From assembly GCA_016205025.1 (NCBI GenBank), contig JACQJO010000002.1:17154-81153 (forward strand): DNA of 64,000 nucleotides, in the 5' to 3' direction. Below the pieces are notes generated by a model. The model ran no database searches, was not told the DNA's origin, and saw only the letters and a program-made list of their open reading frames with translations. Made by a program: the position numbers and the translations under genes. This document shows, one piece after another, positions 27,954 to 37,536 of this stretch. The DNA comes from Elusimicrobiota bacterium. Lineage in GTDB: Bacteria > Elusimicrobiota > Elusimicrobia > JACQPE01. Numbering within the stretch: the stretch's first letter is position 1; every line of letters starts with the position of its first letter.

Positions 27954-29201
27954 TTAATAAATAGGACAGCGATCGCAGGGAACCCGGCCAGCGCGCCGCT
28001 TATCAAGGTGATCCTGCCGGAGCTTCTCATAAGACTCGCCGCGCCAAATTTCGGAAATCGGGGTTTTCAAGGCGTCGCCGACGCACAGATAGGACTTGTA
28101 ATCAAAATCGCACGGATTGACCTTGCCGTCGTACCAGACATAAGTGCGCTCCCATAAAAACCCGCAGGGGTTTCCAACATGCGTGGGAGCGTTGTTGTAA
28201 CTATCCCAGCGGGGCGTGGCGCGTTTAATGGTAACTTGGTCTACTAATTTAGACCAAAAATTGGTCATCTGATCGACATCCTGATCATCACGGACCAAAA
28301 CACCGGAAATGCGCGTAATCGTGGGAGCTTTGGGATAGTACCGGGCCCGGATTTCATTAAACCGCTCGATATTAGCGAGAACCTCGTCGAACTTGCCCAG
28401 GACTCGAATTTCCTCATAGGACTGCTTGGTGCCCGCGTCCACCGAAAAAACAACCTCACTGACGCCGGCCGAAAAAATATCGTGGCAAAGCTCTTCGGTC
28501 AGCTTGGTGGCATTAGTATTAATTTTGATATCCATGATCCCGGCCTCGCCGCAGTAGCGCAGCATCTTGCCGAAGGGTTTAGCCATGGTCGGCTCTCCGC
28601 GTGAGGCCATGGTAATGGCATGGCAATTGTGCTCTTTAGCCTGATCCACGACATTGGCGAAAAGTTCCCAGGGAATAAAACCCATAAATTCTTTTTTTGT
28701 GAATGACGCATCCACCTGAAAACACATAACGCAGCGCAAATTGCAAACCGAGGTGGGTTCAATCAAAAGATGCAGGGGGAAAGCGCGCAACTTGCGGGTT
28801 TTGGGATAGATCTTAAACTGGTAGCGATACACTAGGTAATCCATCCACAGGGAGTCCTGGCGACGCCCCATCCAATCCACTTCCTGTTTGGTTAAAAAGA
28901 ATCGCGAGGTTAGGCTCTCTTCCTGGATGTTGCTGGAAACCTGGCTTTGGGAAAGGTCACGATGCAGGGCATCCACCGTCTCCTTGCGCTCTTTGTCCGT
29001 TGGCGCCTTGGCCAGCTCCCTTTCAAAACAACCGGCTAATTTTCCGGCAAACTCGGCGGAAATATTCTTGATGGTCCCTAAAAAAGTGCCGTAGCGGTTG
29101 AGCGTGATGCCAGCAGCCTCCCGGATCACCTTCGTTTCTTTGGTGGGTTTTTTATCCACTTTTAATAGTGTAACGCAAATTACAAGACCTGTCCAGAACA
29201 C
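27954..29201 (-). CDS. Radical SAM/SPASM enzyme (paralogue of 15325..16383); start uncertain
   Basis: EPTSVCNLRCVMCFQ cluster motif. C-terminal CGFLW...VNPCDFDY...CDRCP. Internal ATGs at 28871 and 28844 would give an N-terminus the same length as the paralogue. Confidence 0.75.
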   Translation of the reverse strand: MFWTGLVICVTLLKVDKKPTKETKVIREAAGITLNRYGTFLGTIKNISAEFAGKLAGCFERELAKAPTDKERKETVDALHRDLSQSQVSSNIQEESLTSRFFLTKQEVDWMGRRQDSLWMDYLVYRYQFKIYPKTRKLRAFPLHLLIEPTSVCNLRCVMCFQVDASFTKKEFMGFIPWELFANVVDQAKEHNCHAITMASRGEPTMAKPFGKMLRYCGEAGIMDIKINTNATKLTEELCHDIFSAGVSEVVFSVDAGTKQSYEEIRVLGKFDEVLANIERFNEIRARYYPKAPTITRISGVLVRDDQDVDQMTNFWSKLVDQVTIKRATPRWDSYNNAPTHVGNPCGFLWERTYVWYDGKVNPCDFDYKSYLCVGDALKTPISEIWRGESYEKLRQDHLDKRRAGRVPCDRCPIY

Positions 29202-29229
29202 CGTTAATAATTTTTATACTGTTCCGGCT

Positions 29230-30285
29230 TTGGATATAGAAACATTAGGGCGGCGAGCCAGCGATCGCTGGCTCGATTTAAACAGATTGCAAGCCGTTGC
29301 TTGCAATCTCTGCGGCGAAAATGACACTCAAACTTTTGGTGTCATGAGCCGTTTTAAAATACCCCTCAATTCCGTCATTTGCAGACGTTGCGGCTTAATG
29401 TATCTTAACCCGCGCATGTCCACAGATCAATATGCCGTTTTCTACAAGGAAACCTACCGCAAATTCATCCGCAACCGTCGCTCCACCGAGGAAATTTTCG
29501 AAGAAGAGGAAAAGGAGGGCCAAGACATCTTGGCCTTCTGCTCCTCTATTTTAAAACCAGGGACCAAGGTGGTTGATATCGGCTGTGGACCGGCAGGTAC
29601 CTTATCTTATTTAAAATCGAAGGGTTTCGAAGTTTTGGGCGTTGAGCCTTCGCAGAAAGAATCCACTTTCGCCAAAGATCGCGGCATTCCGGTAATCAGC
29701 AAAATGCTTGAAGATATCAATCCCAAAGAAGTGCAGGCGGACATGGCGATTCTTTCAAGAAGTCTCAATCATTTCGCCGATCCAAGCCGATCACTGACTC
29801 GATTGCGGGATTTTCTGGCGCCGGAAGGTTTGCTATTTCTAAAACTTCTGGATTATCCCGCGCAGTGCCATTTTGGACTGATCCAGGAGTGTTCTCAGGC
29901 GGATCATCTCTATATGTTCTGCCCGGAAACTAGCCGGGCCATGTTAAACAAAGCGGGTTTCCAGGTTTTAAAAATGACGACTAATGAAAATGCCATTGAG
30001 GGTTTGACATCCCTGTGGCATGAGCCTAAGTATCACATTAGAATTTTAGCCCGCAAAACAGCTCTACCGGCGGTGCCATCTTGGCCACAATCAAACACCA
30101 TCCTCGAACGAGTTCACCGTGGGCAGTTGATGTTTAAGATCCGGCGCCTGCGGTTTTTTTCAACTTACCGCCACTGGGCAGCCGTGTTAATACGCCGTTT
30201 ATTCGGAGAAAAATTTTTTCTAACCTTAAAAAAATCCTTACCCCAAACAGCAAAAAACCATCATAGAACTCACCTTTCCGAGTAA
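29230..30285 (+). CDS. Class I SAM-dependent methyltransferase with N-terminal zinc-ribbon
   Basis: CNLCGEND...CRRCG, then VVDIGCGPAGTLSYLKSKGFEVLGVEPS. The ORF is open from TTG 29098. TTG 29230 avoids overlap with the divergent gene. The start is uncertain. Confidence 0.6.
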   Translation: MDIETLGRRASDRWLDLNRLQAVACNLCGENDTQTFGVMSRFKIPLNSVICRRCGLMYLNPRMSTDQYAVFYKETYRKFIRNRRSTEEIFEEEEKEGQDILAFCSSILKPGTKVVDIGCGPAGTLSYLKSKGFEVLGVEPSQKESTFAKDRGIPVISKMLEDINPKEVQADMAILSRSLNHFADPSRSLTRLRDFLAPEGLLFLKLLDYPAQCHFGLIQECSQADHLYMFCPETSRAMLNKAGFQVLKMTTNENAIEGLTSLWHEPKYHIRILARKTALPAVPSWPQSNTILERVHRGQLMFKIRRLRFFSTYRHWAAVLIRRLFGEKFFLTLKKSLPQTAKNHHRTHLSE

Positions 30286-30303
30286 AATTTTCAGGTGAGT
30301 TCT
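30265..30303. terminator. Hairpin in convergent gap (11-bp perfect stem, stop codon in loop)
   Basis: agaactcacct (30265..30275) pairs with aggtgagttct (30293..30303) around a 17-nt loop. An A-run follows on the + strand. No canonical U-tract for either direction. Confidence 0.3.
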
Positions 30304-30323
30304 AAAAATCGGACAACCTGGAA

Positions 30324-31640
30324 TTAACGCAAAAAATATTTAGCTCGTAAGATAAGCTGGCGACATAAGTCAAAATCCTGACACGCCGGCAGCAACAGAA
30401 CCCGGGCTTGGGCAGGTATTCCCCGCTTAAAAGAAACCAGAAAGGCGGCCAGCGTTCCCGCGTAAGTCAAAGCTGAGGCCAAGGCGGCTCCTTCCATTCC
30501 CCAGACAGGAATGAAAAAAAGATCGGCGGTAATGTTGGCGAACGCGGCGGTGAGCTGAATCCAAAAAACGCCGGAAAGCCGGTTGAGTCCCAAAAAATGG
30601 TTCATCAAAACCCGGGAAAGGCCCAGGCAAACCGTGCCAGGCAAAAGAATGAAAAAAGGCGTGACAAGTTCCATGAAATTGGAGCCATAAAACACCCTCG
30701 TGACGGGGCGTATCGCGACGGCGCCGCAAGCGGCCATGGCGATCATGATAACGGCGGTGCATCGAAATGTTTTGGCGGTGAGCTCGAAGGCCTCCTTAAT
30801 TTCAAGACGGCTGACCTTAGGGAACAAGAGCGCGTTGACCGAATTGGGCAGTTTCCAAATCATCTCGCCGGCCGTGACCGCCAAAGAATAAAAGGCGACC
30901 TCGCGCGTCGACAAAAAATATCCAACCATAAAAATATCCAGCCGCAATTGAAGAAAAGCGGGCGTTGTAGCCACAAAATACCTGAATCCCTCTTTGATCA
31001 GGCGTCCCAAAAGGCCCGGCGCAGGCGTCATTTCAGCTTCCTTTATATGACCGGCATTGCGTGCGCTTGACCACAGGACGATCCATAGGTGAACCAGGAA
31101 GCTCACCGCAAGCACCCAGCCTAAATTAATCTCCACCATCGTTGAAGCCGATAACAAAACAATAACCTGTCCCAGGGGAATAAACCAGAGCGTGCGGCCG
31201 TAAGCCCTGACTTCATCAAGAGCCAATAAAAATTTGCGTTGGTTAGTCAATAAAAATATCATAGGTATGTGGGCCAGCGCTAGAAAATACCACAACCGCG
31301 CAACCTCTCTTTTGAATAAATAGCGCTCCAAAACAGGATAGCCGGCGCCCAGCGCCATAACCCAAATGAAGCTGACAACCAAAGATAAGCCGGCGACATA
31401 ACGGCTGATTCTGGCCGGCCCGTACTCTTTTTTGCCCAGAAGATAAACCGCCGCGTCGTCCCAACGCCAGCGCCCCAGCTTATCCACCCACTGGATAACA
31501 GCCCACAAAAGAACTAAAAGGCCCAGGTCTCCCGGGCCTAGCAGGCGCGCCACCGCGATGCTTAGAAGAAAACTAAAGCCGGTGCCGGCAAGATCAGAAG
31601 TAAAAATCGTAAAAATTTGGCCGGAAAATGACGGATTCAA
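30324..31640 (-). CDS. Polysaccharide flippase (Wzx / MOP superfamily)
   Basis: 438 aa with about 12 hydrophobic segments. Composition and length are typical of O-unit/polysaccharide flippases, and it sits in a glycan locus. Confidence 0.65.
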   Translation of the reverse strand: MNPSFSGQIFTIFTSDLAGTGFSFLLSIAVARLLGPGDLGLLVLLWAVIQWVDKLGRWRWDDAAVYLLGKKEYGPARISRYVAGLSLVVSFIWVMALGAGYPVLERYLFKREVARLWYFLALAHIPMIFLLTNQRKFLLALDEVRAYGRTLWFIPLGQVIVLLSASTMVEINLGWVLAVSFLVHLWIVLWSSARNAGHIKEAEMTPAPGLLGRLIKEGFRYFVATTPAFLQLRLDIFMVGYFLSTREVAFYSLAVTAGEMIWKLPNSVNALLFPKVSRLEIKEAFELTAKTFRCTAVIMIAMAACGAVAIRPVTRVFYGSNFMELVTPFFILLPGTVCLGLSRVLMNHFLGLNRLSGVFWIQLTAAFANITADLFFIPVWGMEGAALASALTYAGTLAAFLVSFKRGIPAQARVLLLPACQDFDLCRQLILRAKYFLR

Positions 31641-31709
31641 ATCAGGAATACCTCAAAAATAATCCCTATCCCACGCGGTATATTGTCCCAAAAATAAAGA
31701 TATAGTTGA

Positions 31710-32984
31710 ATGTTTCAAATTTTTATGAAAATCCCGTTAATTGAAAATTTAAAATTCAAAATTCGAAATTATTTTCTCAACTATCCCAAAACAGCTTTAT
31801 TTTTAACGGCTCTTTTGATCCGTGTCGCGGCCGCTTTAATCATCGGGCCGGGCAGCGGCGAGGAAGACGGCGCCTACGTTAACTTGGCGAACAAAGTTAT
31901 AGCCGGCCAGCCTTACGCGGTTGAGCAGGAGCGCGGCGGGCCTTTGCTGTCCTGGCTGCCGCCGGGTTTTTGCGTTGTGCTGGTGGCCAGTTTCCGGCTC
32001 TTCGGAGAAAGCTTGGAACCCTTGCGCTGGATGCAGATTCTCCTTTCGGCCGTATCCTGCATAGCGATGCTTGATATCGGCAGACGCCTTTTTCGTTCGG
32101 ATTTATTGGGATTTTTCTGCGGATGGGCCATGGCCATTTATCCGGCCCGCGTTTTCTGGTCAACCCGCGTAGGAAGCCGGGAAATCGCGTTTCTTCTCTT
32201 CGTGGCCGCCCTGTGGCTCCTGGCTCGAATAACCATCAAAGAAAATTCCGCCGCGCGGCTTAAAGAAAACCTGGGCATCTTTTTTGTGGGCCTGCTGTGG
32301 GCCTTTCTCTCCTTGACACGGGGGGAATTCTTAACCGGAATCCTGGCGATAATGGGCTACTTTTGGATAAACCAACAAAAACCCCTGCTCTTCACTTCAC
32401 TATTCTTGGCGGGCATGGCTCTGGGTTTTGTTCCCTGGGTAGGGCGCAACTGGAAAATCCATCACAAAATCGTCATAACATCAACCAATTACGGGGATAA
32501 CTTCTGGTTTTCTTTCAACCCCAAATACCGGTTCACCGGCCATGAAGTTCCCTTAACACCGGAACTTAAAAAATTGGTAGCCGGAAAAACTGAAATCGAA
32601 AGAGCCGGCATTCTGGTTCAAGCCGGGCTCGATTTCATTAAAAATAATCCGCTTCGCGGGCTTTACATCTGGACCGGCAACCTTATCCACTTTTGGAGGC
32701 CGTACCTCTCGCTCGATGCCGTTTCTATTTCCCAAAATCTCATCTACATGACAGGATGGCTGCCATTGTTCACGCTGTTTCTTTTAGGACTGCGCCGTTT
32801 GCCGGTCATGCGCGAGCCCTTCTGGGCGTTAATTGTGGGCATGATTGCCATTAAGTGGTTGGGCCACTCCTTTTTCTACGTTATTGTGAGCTTTCGCGAA
32901 GCGATTGTGCCGCTGTTCATCCTTGTCGGCGCCAACGCGGTGCGGAATTTCCAAAATCAATGGTATTTAAATGAGTCAAACTAA
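31710..32984 (+). CDS. ArnT/PMT-like (GT-C, family 39/83-like) membrane glycosyltransferase
   Basis: N-terminal LLTALLIRVAAALIIGPG...EDGAYVNLANKV, followed by about 10 TM segments. Same operon as a methyltransferase and a GT2. Confidence 0.55.
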   Translation: MFQIFMKIPLIENLKFKIRNYFLNYPKTALFLTALLIRVAAALIIGPGSGEEDGAYVNLANKVIAGQPYAVEQERGGPLLSWLPPGFCVVLVASFRLFGESLEPLRWMQILLSAVSCIAMLDIGRRLFRSDLLGFFCGWAMAIYPARVFWSTRVGSREIAFLLFVAALWLLARITIKENSAARLKENLGIFFVGLLWAFLSLTRGEFLTGILAIMGYFWINQQKPLLFTSLFLAGMALGFVPWVGRNWKIHHKIVITSTNYGDNFWFSFNPKYRFTGHEVPLTPELKKLVAGKTEIERAGILVQAGLDFIKNNPLRGLYIWTGNLIHFWRPYLSLDAVSISQNLIYMTGWLPLFTLFLLGLRRLPVMREPFWALIVGMIAIKWLGHSFFYVIVSFREAIVPLFILVGANAVRNFQNQWYLNESN

Positions 32985-33666
32985 AACTGAATCCAGGGAA
33001 CTCTTTGACGAGCACGCCCATAACTACGACGCCCTGATTCCCCGGCACATCCAAAGCCATTATCTCGAGAAACGCGCGGCATTTTTGAAAAACCTTCTTG
33101 CCGGCGGCCGCGTCTTAGATGCCGGCTGCGGAACAACGGTCCTCATGGAACGCATAAAGCGAGAAGGTTACGCGGTTTTTGGCATTGATGAATCTCTGAC
33201 CATGCTTAAACAAAGCAGTTCATGCAAAAATCTAGTGCTTCAGGGCGATCTGGCTCGCCTACCCTACCAAAATGAAACCTTTGATCTGGTCTACAGCGTC
33301 GCGGTTTTCCATCATATCGGGGACGCCGGCAGAATCGCCGCAACATTGGGAGAAATGGCTAGAATTACCAAAAAAAGAGGGAAAATCGTGATCTGGGATC
33401 ACAATCCCAGAAATCCCTACTGGAAATTTTTTATGAAAAAACTGCCTTGGGACAACCATGTCCACCGCTTAATCGGCGCGCGGGAAATTCGCAAGGGATT
33501 TGAATCTGCCGGCGTTTCGAATGTCGAGGTTTATCTCTCGGGACTGGTGCCGGATTTCGCGCGGGAATCGCAGCTTGGCTTTTGGCGGCGATTAGAACGC
33601 TGCGTCGAAAAAAATATTCTTCTTCGCAATTTCTGCGCTCATCACATGGTGGTAGGCCACAAATAA
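32971..33666 (+). CDS. Class I SAM-dependent methyltransferase
   Basis: VLDAGCGTTVLMERI (motif I), FDLVYSVAVFHHI and GKIVIWDHN. Confidence 0.75.
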   Translation: MSQTKTESRELFDEHAHNYDALIPRHIQSHYLEKRAAFLKNLLAGGRVLDAGCGTTVLMERIKREGYAVFGIDESLTMLKQSSSCKNLVLQGDLARLPYQNETFDLVYSVAVFHHIGDAGRIAATLGEMARITKKRGKIVIWDHNPRNPYWKFFMKKLPWDNHVHRLIGAREIRKGFESAGVSNVEVYLSGLVPDFARESQLGFWRRLERCVEKNILLRNFCAHHMVVGHK

Positions 33667-33669
33667 CTT

Positions 33670-34392
33670 ATGTATCAAGATCAAAAGATCAGCCTTATTC
33701 TGCCCGCCTATAACGAACAGGAACACATTGAGGAGGCGGTCAAAGAATTTAGGTCGATGGGCATCATCGATGAAATCCTGGTCATTGACAATAACAGCAG
33801 GGATCAAACGGCCGATCTGGCTCGCCGCGCCGGCGCCACCGTCATTGGCGAAAGCAAGCAGGGACTTGGCAACGCGATTTTAAGAGGCTTCAACTCCGCC
33901 ACGGGAGACCTGGTCTTCGTGGCGGAACCTGACGGAACTTTCGTAGCCAACGATGTCTGGAAATTTTTGGCCTATATAGGCGATTTTGATATCGTCTTGG
34001 GCACCCGAACAGCCAAGGAGCTGATTTGGCAGGGGGCCAATATGAAATTTTTCCTGCGCGTGGGCAACACGACCGTGGCTAAAATGCTGGAACTTCTTTT
34101 CAGCGGATGCTCTCTCTCGGATTGCGGCTGCACCTTCCGCTTGATCCGGAAATCCTCTTTGAAAAAAATTATGCCTCATATGACGGTGGGGGGCAGTCAC
34201 TGCAATCCGGAACTTGTGATATGGGCGTTTCGAAAGAAATTTAAAGTCATTGAAATTCCGATCAATTACCGCCCTCGCGTAGGGATTTCTAAAATCACGG
34301 GCAGTTGGAAAGGCGTTTGGCGCACCGGCCTGGGCATGATCGCCCTGATATTGCTCTACCGATTAAAATTTTTGATTTATGACCCAAGGTAA
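33670..34392 (+). CDS. GT2 polyprenyl-phosphate glycosyltransferase (DPM1-like)
   Basis: ISLILPAYNEQEHI, VIDNNSRDQT and VFVAEPDG. Overlaps the downstream GT-C-like gene by 14 nt. Confidence 0.8.
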   Translation: MYQDQKISLILPAYNEQEHIEEAVKEFRSMGIIDEILVIDNNSRDQTADLARRAGATVIGESKQGLGNAILRGFNSATGDLVFVAEPDGTFVANDVWKFLAYIGDFDIVLGTRTAKELIWQGANMKFFLRVGNTTVAKMLELLFSGCSLSDCGCTFRLIRKSSLKKIMPHMTVGGSHCNPELVIWAFRKKFKVIEIPINYRPRVGISKITGSWKGVWRTGLGMIALILLYRLKFLIYDPR

Positions 34393-36253
34393 AGCCGAAA
34401 AATCCCCTTCTTCTGGAGCGCTCAACGAATTAAAAAAATTTGACTTCTGGACAATCAATCGAATCGTGTCAGCCATCATGCTCGCCATGGGATTGCTCTA
34501 TGCTATAGGTCTTTTCTGGGGGCTACCGTCAAAAGAACGGGCCCGCCTTGTTCTCGGCAGCCGCCTTGAAGAAAACACAACCTTCCTATATAAACAGCTC
34601 CAAAAAGCCCGCTCAAGAACATATGCCATGGCTCTCCCCGTTGAATACATCGCCACCGGAAAAATACGGACTGCCCCCTACAACCCAAACCCCAAGGAAA
34701 ATCTCAAGATCAGGGGGTGGGAAGATCCCTACAATCACCTTCTGCTTCTCGCTTACAGCGGTTTTCTTTTACGCAGCACCGATGGAGATGAACAGCTTCA
34801 TCTGAATTCTCTCGCTCAAATGAAACCAAAGCAATTTGATTTTAATCCTCACTACGCCATTCATGCGGGAATTTTTATTTATGGACTAGGGGCCGTCTAT
34901 CAACTAGCCGGCTTAACCAAATGGCTTAAACTGAATCCGGATATCAAATTCTTTTATAAAAACCCCCAGGAGATGGCTAAATTCTATGTTGTGGGTAGAT
35001 TTTACAATCTGGCTTGGACGCTCATGGGAGCATGGTTTTTATTTCTGATTGCTCGCCGGCTAACGGACCAAGAGGCCAGCGCAATAGCGCCCTTCCTTTA
35101 CTTGGCCGCTCCCGTCGTCATTGGCATGGGGCATGTGATGAAAGGGCACGCCACGGGCGCCGCAATAGCCCTGTTTCTTCTGTATAGCTCTTTACGCCTG
35201 CTGGAAGAAGGCCGGAATCCTTGGTATTTGATCAGCGGAGTTACGGCGGGTATGCTGATGGGTACTCAGCCCCATCACTGGCATATCTGTCTAGTTGTCC
35301 CCCTGGCACACTTTTTACGGGGTTTCTGGAACAATAAACAAACCTGGCGCCAAATCATCAGTGACATCCGATTGTGGCTTCTTCCTGTCGCGGGCATAGC
35401 TGGATTTATCATCGTGACTCCTTACATCTTTACCGCCTTTAAGGAATGGTATTACCTCTCCATTGGCGCTGGCCTCGTACATCAATCACCCACGCTAAAA
35501 ATTTGGCAATGGCTGCGACCCTGGGTCATTGGCCTGGGCCTTGGGCTCAACCACGCCGCCTATTTTTCTTTCTGTCTTGGCTTCGCTTTATTTTGCAAAG
35601 ATTTTAAAAAAAAATCCCCCGCCCAGCGATTTCTGTTCATTGTCACCATGTTTAACATTCTTCTTTTTGGATTCTACTGCGGGTCGGCTGCCGAAGATGC
35701 CGCCACTCAATCCCGACGTTTTCTCCCCTTAATTGGTCTTTGTTGTCTTTGGAGCGCCTCGGCCCTAAGTTGGCTGTGGCGCCGAAGCCTTGGAAAAAAA
35801 TTTCATGGATCATGGCTGGCCATCGCAATCTTGATCTACACCGCCGGTGTCGCTATTTTTCTTTGCTTCAACTACTACCTAGATTATCGGAGAGCCTCCT
35901 GTATCCAGGCAGGACATTGGATTAACGAAAACATTCCCAAACGATCTTCCATTGCCATCAGGAGTATCCCACATACTGACTTTGAACCCCCGTTTGATTT
36001 TGCGAATTATGGACTTTGGATAGCGGCCTCCGAAAATTTTGATCCCGCTAAAAGCGAACTGCCTCTGTACGCGATTTTGCAACGCAACCCTGTCCTGTCT
36101 TCGCCACCCATTAAATGGCCGCAGCCCTTCACCGACTTTTTTAGATACTATGAACCGGTAAAGTTTTTTGGACCCAAGCCTCGATGGTGGGATTTTACAA
36201 ACCATTTCTCGGCGGCTAATGTTCCAATATGCATTTTTAAGCGCAAGATATGA
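34379..36253 (+). CDS. Large multi-pass membrane protein (624 aa), putative GT-C glycosyltransferase
   Basis: Numerous TM segments plus a C-terminal soluble domain. Translationally coupled to the preceding GT2. Confidence 0.5.
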   Translation: MTQGKAEKSPSSGALNELKKFDFWTINRIVSAIMLAMGLLYAIGLFWGLPSKERARLVLGSRLEENTTFLYKQLQKARSRTYAMALPVEYIATGKIRTAPYNPNPKENLKIRGWEDPYNHLLLLAYSGFLLRSTDGDEQLHLNSLAQMKPKQFDFNPHYAIHAGIFIYGLGAVYQLAGLTKWLKLNPDIKFFYKNPQEMAKFYVVGRFYNLAWTLMGAWFLFLIARRLTDQEASAIAPFLYLAAPVVIGMGHVMKGHATGAAIALFLLYSSLRLLEEGRNPWYLISGVTAGMLMGTQPHHWHICLVVPLAHFLRGFWNNKQTWRQIISDIRLWLLPVAGIAGFIIVTPYIFTAFKEWYYLSIGAGLVHQSPTLKIWQWLRPWVIGLGLGLNHAAYFSFCLGFALFCKDFKKKSPAQRFLFIVTMFNILLFGFYCGSAAEDAATQSRRFLPLIGLCCLWSASALSWLWRRSLGKKFHGSWLAIAILIYTAGVAIFLCFNYYLDYRRASCIQAGHWINENIPKRSSIAIRSIPHTDFEPPFDFANYGLWIAASENFDPAKSELPLYAILQRNPVLSSPPIKWPQPFTDFFRYYEPVKFFGPKPRWWDFTNHFSAANVPICIFKRKI

Positions 36254-36506
36254 GAAATCTGGGTTAATTTGGTTATCGATGAATCGCCGGTTTCACGTTT
36301 TTCAAAAGCTGACCGCCTTTTACCAAGCGGTCAATAAGGTCCCACGGGGACATCTCCAGACGCGACTCATGCTCTCTTGCCGCAAGATTGCGCAGGTGAC
36401 GATCTACGAGTTGCATTTTTTGAAAAAAGTTAAAATTCTAACAATCATTTCCATGGAACAAATTTTCCAGTTCGGATATATTAAAAAATTGCTAGACAAC
36501 TAAAAC

Positions 36507-37478
36507 ATGTACGATCTTAGTCTAATTATTCCCATTTTTAATGAACAGGATCTAATTTCTGAGCTTTACCGGCGCGTTTCTGAAACTCTCGACAAATTGC
36601 ATATTTCTCATGAAGTTATCGTTGTTAGCGACGGCAGTACGGACCAAAGCGTTGCCAAAATTATCGAATTACGGAAATATAATTCCGCATGGAAAATTAT
36701 CGAATTATCAAAAAATTTTGGACACCATAGCGCCTGTACAGCAGGATTAGATTACGCAAGAGGAAAATGCGTTATTTTTATGGATGCGGATTTGCAAGAC
36801 CCTCCCGAAATGATCGCGGCCTTTGTAGAAAAATGGAAAGAGGGATACGAAATCATCTATGCAGTCAAGAAAAAACGCAAGGAATCATTTTTTAGGCGTT
36901 ATGTTTTTATTCTCTTCTATAGAGTTCTTAATTTTTTGAGCGCTATTGATCTTCCCCTGGACGCCGGCGTTTTCTGCTTGCTAGACAGCAAGGCAGCCCA
37001 AGCTTTGCGCCTGATTAAGGAACGGCATAGATATTTAGCTGGTCTTAGGGCATGGATCGGGTTTCGGCAGATTGCAGTTCCATATGAACGCGAGGAACGG
37101 TTTGCCGGGACAAGAAAACAAACTACTGCAAAACTGCTAAGTCTGGCTTTCGACGCCATTTTTTCCTTCTCTTATATCCCGCTAAGATTAGCCACTGGAA
37201 TTGGGATTGTTTTTGCCGCGTTTTCTGCGATTGTTATAACCCATGCTCTTTACGAAAAATTTATCACCCATCAAGCTCTCTTGGGATGGACGTCAATTTT
37301 AGGGGCGGTCATTCTTACCGGGGGACTGATCCTATTTATGTTAGGTATTATTGGAGAGTATATTGCCCGCATATATGATGAGATAAAGGAGCGTCCTATT
37401 TATCTTGTTCGTAATTTCATTGGTTTTGACAAAATTCTCGAAGCTCCTCCCGAAAATCCAACGAAATCAAGACTCTAG
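36507..37478 (+). CDS. GT2 bactoprenol-phosphate glycosyltransferase (GtrB/ArnC-like, two C-terminal TM helices)
   Basis: LSLIIPIFNEQDLI, VVSDGSTDQS and FMDADLQDPPE. C-terminal TM pair IGIVFAAFSAIVIT and ILGAVILTGGLILFMLGIIGEY, typical of GtrB/ArnC. Confidence 0.8.
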   Translation: MYDLSLIIPIFNEQDLISELYRRVSETLDKLHISHEVIVVSDGSTDQSVAKIIELRKYNSAWKIIELSKNFGHHSACTAGLDYARGKCVIFMDADLQDPPEMIAAFVEKWKEGYEIIYAVKKKRKESFFRRYVFILFYRVLNFLSAIDLPLDAGVFCLLDSKAAQALRLIKERHRYLAGLRAWIGFRQIAVPYEREERFAGTRKQTTAKLLSLAFDAIFSFSYIPLRLATGIGIVFAAFSAIVITHALYEKFITHQALLGWTSILGAVILTGGLILFMLGIIGEYIARIYDEIKERPIYLVRNFIGFDKILEAPPENPTKSRL

Positions 37479-37536
37479 CTCAAGAGTTGGCGATCTTAAA
37501 ATTAAAAATTCAGAAAAAAGGTCAAAACCAGAAGGA

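Noticed and set aside
36168-36503. 111-aa + strand ORF running from the 3' end of the GT-C gene through the 254-nt gap before the next GT2. A 47-aa antisense ORF also lies at 36273..36416 (MQLVDRHLRNLAAREHESRLEMSPWDLIDRLVKGGQLLKNVKPAIHR).
   Set aside because: The + ORF overlaps a well-supported gene in another frame and has no motif or Shine-Dalgarno. The antisense ORF is below any safe length threshold, lacks a Shine-Dalgarno and has no recognisable fold. The gap itself is unusual for this locus, but I cannot support a gene call.
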